Of a stretch of 64,000 bases of DNA, positions 58,828 through 64,000 are shown piece after piece. Below the pieces are notes generated by a model that saw only the letters and a list, made by a program, of their open reading frames with translations, did no database searches and had not been told where the DNA came from. The stretch comes from Sulfolobales archaeon (lineage in GTDB: Archaea > Thermoproteota > Thermoprotei_A > Sulfolobales > NBVN01), in assembly GCA_038841535.1 (NCBI GenBank), contig JAWBTQ010000002.1, forward strand, positions 116,433 to 180,432. Direction: 5' to 3'. The translations under genes were made by a program, and so were the position numbers. Each line of letters opens with the position of its first letter. Position 1 is the stretch's first letter.

Positions 58828-60747
58828 TCATGAGTACTTACTGTTAACTACGTCATCCCTGCTAGGAAGCTCGCCGAGGATCTTCCTCAGTAGCTTTATG
58901 TAGTATTGAGTGTCTACATCGTTCTTGAATTCCGACCGATGTTCCCTAAGGCCTAGTCTAGATGCGTAAAGTATGAAGGGAGGACCTCCTCCAGATGTAG
59001 CATAGCTCGGTGGTCTTACGTAACTACTCCTTCGGTGCGGGCTGCCTCGATGTATTAGTAGCTCACCTATCTCTAGGCTTCCAGAGGAGACCTTCGCGAT
59101 GTATCTCTCTATTACCTCAGTAGCTCTAGCTACAGCAGTCAGCATTTCTAGTTGGTTACTGCTTCTAGCTAGCTCAGCTACAGCCTCTAGCTGGGCTTTC
59201 TTCACTATCTGCGGAGTATCTCTCCTCACGCAGAGGAGGCCTTTAACCTTCACTTCTCCGGAAGATAGCCTACCTAAGTACCTGTTTGAAGCACCCCTGG
59301 AGTCGCCCGTCTTCTTCGGTATGTAGAGCCAGGTGTAGTACGCTTCGACCTTAGTCTCGAAGCTTGTCGCAGAAGCTATTTCTTCAGATAGTTCCGAGCA
59401 CGCACGTTCCGATGGAACCTCACTCACGAAAACACTGTCTACTAGTGCGTGAACTACGGTGTAACCCAGTCTCTCCGCAGTCTTCTTCGCTAGAGTCACT
59501 ACGTACCTACTGGAGCTCGTAACTACTTCGTGTGCCGAGATAGAGCCGAAGAGGCTGTTTCTATACCCTAAGTACCCGAAGCTAGCTACTAAGACCCACT
59601 TGCAGGCCTTCCTCCTAGAGTCGTAGACCTTCAGACCGGTGCTTCTGTAGAGGTCTTCGTATAGCTTCTTCAACCACAAGATCCTCCTTATGCTCGATGG
59701 AACGATGCCCTCTCTATCTAAGCAGACTCTGTGGGGAACCCAGTCTAGCTCTAGTTGAGTAGAGCATACTGGAGCGTTCACGGTCTCTCCAGAGACGTTG
59801 TACTTAACCATTATACTCGGGTAGAGAGACCGAAAGTCTATTTGGCAAACACTCCAGTAGAGACCCGGCGACGGCTGGTAGACTACTCCACCTCGGTCGT
59901 ACAGTAGGAGCTCGTCTAGACTACGAAAGGACTCAGCTCTCCTAGTACTCCTCCTAGTGAAGTACCTCCTGCTCCTAGCCTCGAGTGCCTCAACGGTCGT
60001 CAGTACCCTACCTATGGAGGTGTTGCTCATTAAGCTCAGCGGTGTGTAGCTTAGCCTAGACCACTCGAAGTACTCAGAGGCAGTGTGTGGTTCTCCTATA
60101 ATCCACGAGTGCGCAGAAGAAGATACAGAAGGCTCTTCCTCAACCAGCCTGAAGTAGACCTCCCCACTCACGACCCCTACGTGGTACCTACTAGAAGAAA
60201 TGCGGGAAGCGAGGTCTTTAACTCTATCGAAGTACTCGAGACCTTGTGCTACCTCAAGTACGTACCTACCTCCGTCTACGTAGACTCTGAGAGTGTCGAG
60301 CTCGGGGTCTCTGTGAGTCGGGTCCCACTCTAGAGGCTCTACCGACTCACCTACTGAGACCTTAGTCATCGGTCTAAGCCCTCTAGTGTAGAGAGAGTCT
60401 ACCAGTGGGTGTGGAAAGGTGTTCACAGGCTCTAAACCCTTTCTAGAGCCTTCTCTCAGTACCTGCTTGAGTGTACTTAAGCTTCTAACCTCAAATACTA
60501 CGAGCTTCTCGAGCTCTAGGTAGTAGGGTGGAGAGTACCACTCCTCAACCCAAGCTCTCTCAGCTAGTCCCACGTCAACTAGTTCTCGAGCGACACTCTC
60601 CGGGTTTCTAGCCCTCAAGAAGCCGCGGAAAGGTATGTCGAGCTTCTTCTCGACTACTCTCCTATCGGGCTCTGAGTAGAGTAAGAGGGTCACTCCACTA
60701 GCGCTCGGTTTAGCGTCCAGCAACCACATCTCCACACTCTTCACCAC
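58828..60747 (-). CDS. polB2: Family B DNA polymerase PolB2 (Dpo2-type, degenerate exonuclease)
   Basis: DFRSLYPSI, KWVLVASFGYLG, altered motif C HALVDS, NRYLG, KGLLCVRRDTP. Confidence 0.9.
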   Translation of the reverse strand: MVKSVEMWLLDAKPSASGVTLLLYSEPDRRVVEKKLDIPFRGFLRARNPESVARELVDVGLAERAWVEEWYSPPYYLELEKLVVFEVRSLSTLKQVLREGSRKGLEPVNTFPHPLVDSLYTRGLRPMTKVSVGESVEPLEWDPTHRDPELDTLRVYVDGGRYVLEVAQGLEYFDRVKDLASRISSSRYHVGVVSGEVYFRLVEEEPSVSSSAHSWIIGEPHTASEYFEWSRLSYTPLSLMSNTSIGRVLTTVEALEARSRRYFTRRSTRRAESFRSLDELLLYDRGGVVYQPSPGLYWSVCQIDFRSLYPSIMVKYNVSGETVNAPVCSTQLELDWVPHRVCLDREGIVPSSIRRILWLKKLYEDLYRSTGLKVYDSRRKACKWVLVASFGYLGYRNSLFGSISAHEVVTSSSRYVVTLAKKTAERLGYTVVHALVDSVFVSEVPSERACSELSEEIASATSFETKVEAYYTWLYIPKKTGDSRGASNRYLGRLSSGEVKVKGLLCVRRDTPQIVKKAQLEAVAELARSSNQLEMLTAVARATEVIERYIAKVSSGSLEIGELLIHRGSPHRRSSYVRPPSYATSGGGPPFILYASRLGLREHRSEFKNDVDTQYYIKLLRKILGELPSRDDVVNSKYS

Positions 60748-60754
60748 AGCAGCG

Positions 60755-60988
60755 TTACCTGCGTCCCTCTCTACACGTATCTACGAGCTTTCTAGCTAAG
60801 TGAGCTAGTAACACCTCTAGTGGGTCTACAGAGCCAACGTGTGAGAAAGCTGAGATAGTTTCGTCTAAGCCTTCTAGAAAGAACTCGAAGCCCTCTCTAT
60901 ACCTCGGTCCCAGTAGCTCTGCTACCTTCTCTAGTCTCTCAGTGTACTTGTAGACGAGCTGCTTGAGGGGTGTAGTAGTTCTACCCAA
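60755..60988 (-). CDS. Small PolB2-associated helical protein (arCOG07300-like)
   Basis: MGRTT N-terminus; lies between the RadA-like gene and polB2. Confidence 0.75.
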   Translation of the reverse strand: MGRTTTPLKQLVYKYTERLEKVAELLGPRYREGFEFFLEGLDETISAFSHVGSVDPLEVLLAHLARKLVDTCREGRR

Positions 60989-61658
60989 GGGCTTCAGCCC
61001 GCTCCTGCTTTCGAGTAACCCAGTCGAGCAGAGTCTTCCTCTTCTCTAGTAGTGCTATGTCTTCCAGTAGCTTTACGTGAAAAACAGCTAGAGCACCACT
61101 CGGCTTCCCCGGGTGCTTGACGAGCTCTGCGAGAACTCTACTGCCCTGCTTCACTAGCTTCACTATTACCTTAACGACGTGGTGGTGCATCGAGCCACCC
61201 TCCGGAAGCTTCTCACCGAACTTAGTGTAGGTATTGAAGATGAACGTCCTATTCCTCCGAGAGACTCTCGCTATAAGCCCCGAGATCGCTGTCGCCTCCC
61301 AATACTCGGAGGGGTCTCTAGGTAGAAAGCTGTAGGGGTAGGCCAGCACTACCGAGGCTCCTTCTACCTCGAGTCCACTCAGTACCTCTCTAACCTCGGA
61401 GTTACTGAAGGCTCTAGCGACCATTACGTTACTTAGAGAGCAGTCGTAGACTCTACAGAACCTCAGGAGTAAGTCCGTCCTCAAGCCCCCGAACTCTTGC
61501 GCTACCACTAAGTACACTCTCTCGTACCTACTCCTGTAGGCAACCGCTACGTGGAGAATGTAGGAAGTTAGCAGAGGGTCTCCGTAGAGCTCTAGAGGCC
61601 AGTACCTATCTAGAGGTTCTACGAGCCTATCGATAAAGCTAAAGCCTATCGTTGCCAG
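60981..61658 (-). CDS. Degenerate RadA/RecA-fold protein of the PolB2 operon (probable CTG start)
   Basis: TIGFSFIDRLV..LELYG (no Walker A lysine), QEFGG, VARAF, GGSMHHH, LVKHP. Confidence 0.75.
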   Translation of the reverse strand: MATIGFSFIDRLVEPLDRYWPLELYGDPLLTSYILHVAVAYRSRYERVYLVVAQEFGGLRTDLLLRFCRVYDCSLSNVMVARAFSNSEVREVLSGLEVEGASVVLAYPYSFLPRDPSEYWEATAISGLIARVSRRNRTFIFNTYTKFGEKLPEGGSMHHHVVKVIVKLVKQGSRVLAELVKHPGKPSGALAVFHVKLLEDIALLEKRKTLLDWVTRKQERAEALG

Positions 61659-61754
61659 AGCTCGCTCCCAATATACCGAGAGCTAATAAAGAGGTACTGA
61701 AAGAGCCCTCTGCGGGAGGGGCTCTCTGCGCTTCAACAGCTTCCTCGGTGCGAG

Positions 61755-63152
61755 CTACTTCGGGCTAGACGCCGAGAGCCTCGAGAAGTTTAGTAGAGTT
61801 AGAGCTACGTGCTTCATGCCCAGTACGAAGTCTCTCACTCTTATGTTTTCGTTTGGTGCGTGAACTCTAGACCCGTAGTACCCTACTCCAGCTCCCGTCA
61901 TCGGTATGCGGGCTATGTCGGTGAATATGTATATCGGACCGGAGCCTCCGGATAGTGGTGCTAGCTCGGGGTCTCGACCGTAGACTTCTCTAGCAGCCTC
62001 TACTGACGCTCTAACTATAGGTTCTCCAGGCTTAGTGTACCCGGAGGGGTACATGCTGTGCACTACCACCTCGGCGTCAGAGAAGCCGGTTTCGCTTAGG
62101 TAGCGCTTGAGGTTCTCCAAGATCTTCTCTGGCTTCTGCCCGGGTACGGGCCTTATGTCTATCTTGACTCCAGCTAGAGACGGCACTATAGTCTTAGACC
62201 CCCTACCGGTGTACCCTGCGTAAACCCCGGAGGCGTTTAGAGAGGGCTTAGTGTAGAGCTCTCTCAGAGCTTCCTCACCAGTCAAGCCCCTAACGAACTC
62301 CTTCAGACCCAGCTCACTCTTCAACTCCTCCAGCTCTTCGTAGCTCAACTTCTTGATCAGTTCTTCAGCGTCCCTCAGGAACTCCTCACTAACACCGTCG
62401 TAGAACCCCGGTATCTTGACGAACCCGTCCCCGGTCTTTAAGTTAACGAGTAGCTTCGCCAACCTCCACACAGGGTTGGGAACCAGGGGTGCCGCACCAC
62501 TGTGGACGTCTCTAGAGGGACCCTTCAGCACTATCTCGACGTAGAGCATGCCCTTGAACCCCAGGGATATCCCTAGAGAGCCGTCCCTCCTCACGTACCC
62601 CGTCTCCCAGATGCCTCCATCGGCCTTAACCCAGTCGAGGCTATCCCTAACTACATCGAGTAGCGTTGGAGACCCCACCTCCTCCTCACCCTCTATAAGG
62701 AACTTCACCCTCAGGTCGAGCTCCTCTAAGTAGTCAGCTAGTGAGTCTACAGCACCCAATCTAGCCGCTATATTCCCCTTGTTATCGGCGACCCCCCTAC
62801 CGAACAGCAAGCCGCCTCTAGCGGTAACCCTAAACGGGTCGGACTCCCACAGCTCGAGAGGGTCCGGTGGCTGTACGTCGTAGTGGTTGTACATCAAGAT
62901 AGTGCGGGAGCCAGACCCCAGCTCAGCAAGCACCACTGGGGGGCCTCCAGTAGACTTTAGGGAGACCCTGAAGCCCCTCTCCTTAAGTAGGTCGGCCACG
63001 TATTTCGCACACTCCCCCAACTCCTCAGACTTCCAAGCGGCAACAGACTTGAAGGACACTAGCTCTCCGAGTATGTCTACGTACCTCCCATAGCTCTCGT
63101 CAACGAACTTGAGAACCCTCGACTTAACCCGAGAGACACTATCGTATCCCAC
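61755..63152 (-). CDS. M20 family dipeptidase (CNDP/ArgE-like)
   Basis: YNHYDVQP, GRGVADNKG, EGEEEVGS, DVHSG, HAPNENI. Confidence 0.9.
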   Translation of the reverse strand: MGYDSVSRVKSRVLKFVDESYGRYVDILGELVSFKSVAAWKSEELGECAKYVADLLKERGFRVSLKSTGGPPVVLAELGSGSRTILMYNHYDVQPPDPLELWESDPFRVTARGGLLFGRGVADNKGNIAARLGAVDSLADYLEELDLRVKFLIEGEEEVGSPTLLDVVRDSLDWVKADGGIWETGYVRRDGSLGISLGFKGMLYVEIVLKGPSRDVHSGAAPLVPNPVWRLAKLLVNLKTGDGFVKIPGFYDGVSEEFLRDAEELIKKLSYEELEELKSELGLKEFVRGLTGEEALRELYTKPSLNASGVYAGYTGRGSKTIVPSLAGVKIDIRPVPGQKPEKILENLKRYLSETGFSDAEVVVHSMYPSGYTKPGEPIVRASVEAAREVYGRDPELAPLSGGSGPIYIFTDIARIPMTGAGVGYYGSRVHAPNENIRVRDFVLGMKHVALTLLNFSRLSASSPK

Positions 63153-63412
63153 AACCTACGCCAAAAGTAATCTATGATCTCAAATAAATCTCCGCTTTCC
63201 GCGCCGACAGGAGCATGAGCTAGGCGTTAGCCACCGGTCACCCCACTCTAGCCAGCAGAGCTACGGCCGGGGTCTACCGCACCGCTACACACCGATGCCA
63301 GGGGATAGTCTGCCTACTGATAGTGGTTTCACTGTGGGAGACCGATCGATGGCTCTAACCACCCTCAGTTTTATAACTAGACAAGAGATCTACAGCGGGT
63401 GTTGTAGGGTTT

Positions 63413-63562
63413 ATGCCTACTATGGCTCGTACTAGGGTTGGTAGGTACTACAGGACGACCATCCCCAGGGAGGTCCGCAAGCTCCTGGAGCTGAGGGATA
63501 ACGACGAGGTCGAGTGGGTCTTCGAGAACGGAGCAGTCTACGTTAGAAAAGCACAGAGGTGA
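63413..63562 (+). CDS. AbrB/SpoVT-type small DNA-binding protein (49 aa, not in ORF track)
   Basis: MPTMARTRVGRYYRTTIPREVRKLLELRDNDEVEWVFENGAVYVRKAQR. Confidence 0.8.
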   Translation: MPTMARTRVGRYYRTTIPREVRKLLELRDNDEVEWVFENGAVYVRKAQR

Positions 63563-63771
63563 GCAAAGTGGTTAGGTGCCCGTTCTGCGGGTTTGAATCC
63601 GATCTAGGTGGGTTTAAGCAAGTGCAAGAGCCCTGGAGGTTTAGGTTCTACGAGGTTAGAATGCTGGAGTGTCCTAAGTGCAAAGGTGTGTTCAACTACT
63701 ACGAGGGTTTTTCACCAAGAGGTAAGCGTTCCTCGTTCATGATTAAAATGCGACCGCGGGCTAGAGCATGA
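63559..63771 (+). CDS. Small Zn-ribbon protein
   Basis: CPFCG...CPKC; GTGA and ATGA overlaps with both neighbours. Confidence 0.8.
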   Translation: MSKVVRCPFCGFESDLGGFKQVQEPWRFRFYEVRMLECPKCKGVFNYYEGFSPRGKRSSFMIKMRPRARA

Positions 63772-64000
63772 GTGGTAAGGTTCTCGTACCTCAAATAGAC
63801 ATAGATGATGTAGTTAACTGCATTAAGCAGAGTGTTAGAACAGCTAGAAACGAGGAGGAAGTTAGAGCAAGGGTTTCAGTAAGGTGCATTGAGGAGAAGA
63901 TACTGAAGCCCCTGGGTATAACCCAGTACGGTCACTATGAGTACACCCTCGTCTCAGGTGCTAGAGTTGATGCACTCTATGGTCATGTAATAATAGAGTA
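63768..64000 (+). CDS. N-terminus of a probable type IIG restriction-modification enzyme (runs off right edge)
   Basis: ..ARNEEEVR..YEYTLVSGARVDALYGHVIIEY, a PD-(D/E)xK-like N-terminal nuclease pattern; methylase part not visible. Confidence 0.6.
   Translation, partial: MSGKVLVPQIDIDDVVNCIKQSVRTARNEEEVRARVSVRCIEEKILKPLGITQYGHYEYTLVSGARVDALYGHVIIE

Noticed and set aside
58577-58831. Minus-strand 84-aa ORF after polB2
   Set aside because: Atypical composition; overlaps a structured non-coding element.
59016-59023. Additional TTACGTAA
   Set aside because: Inside the polB2 coding region with no TATA context; consistent with the roughly one chance occurrence expected.
1130-63093. Numerous short antisense or nested ORFs in the track
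   Set aside because: They are shadows of well-supported genes on the opposite strand or in another frame.

Overview
This window looks like the chromosome of a thermophilic crenarchaeon (Thermoprotei, probably Desulfurococcales-like). The evidence is an archaeal EF-2 with the diphthamide loop, a GPN GTPase, XPD, a PolB2 operon, HypA with an Mrp-type HypB, and TATA promoters. The most notable feature is an apparent regulon for scavenging bacterial peptidoglycan and amino sugars, in a lineage that makes no peptidoglycan. Locus A (6.5-22.4 kb) encodes a GH42-like hydrolase, an SIS protein, a ROK kinase, GH84, a tandem GNAT, a family-5 ABC importer, and a membrane-anchored GH18 + Amidase_2 + GHL10 triple hydrolase. 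Locus B (54-58.5 kb) encodes NagA, an AmiE-like serine hydrolase and a second SIS protein. The two loci share a palindrome, RTTACGTAAY, 7-10 nt upstream of the TATA box at four promoters, plus one near-match. Other observations are a promoter-bearing hairpin RNA with bulge-helix-bulge-like geometry, two or three decayed IS200/IS605 (tnpB) right ends, and an identical ~100-bp Pro/Thr linker shared as an inverted repeat by two unrelated convergent genes. There are also two probable CTG starts and an AbrB / Zn-ribbon / type IIG restriction-modification module at the right edge. All family assignments come from reading motifs by eye; no database searches were run.
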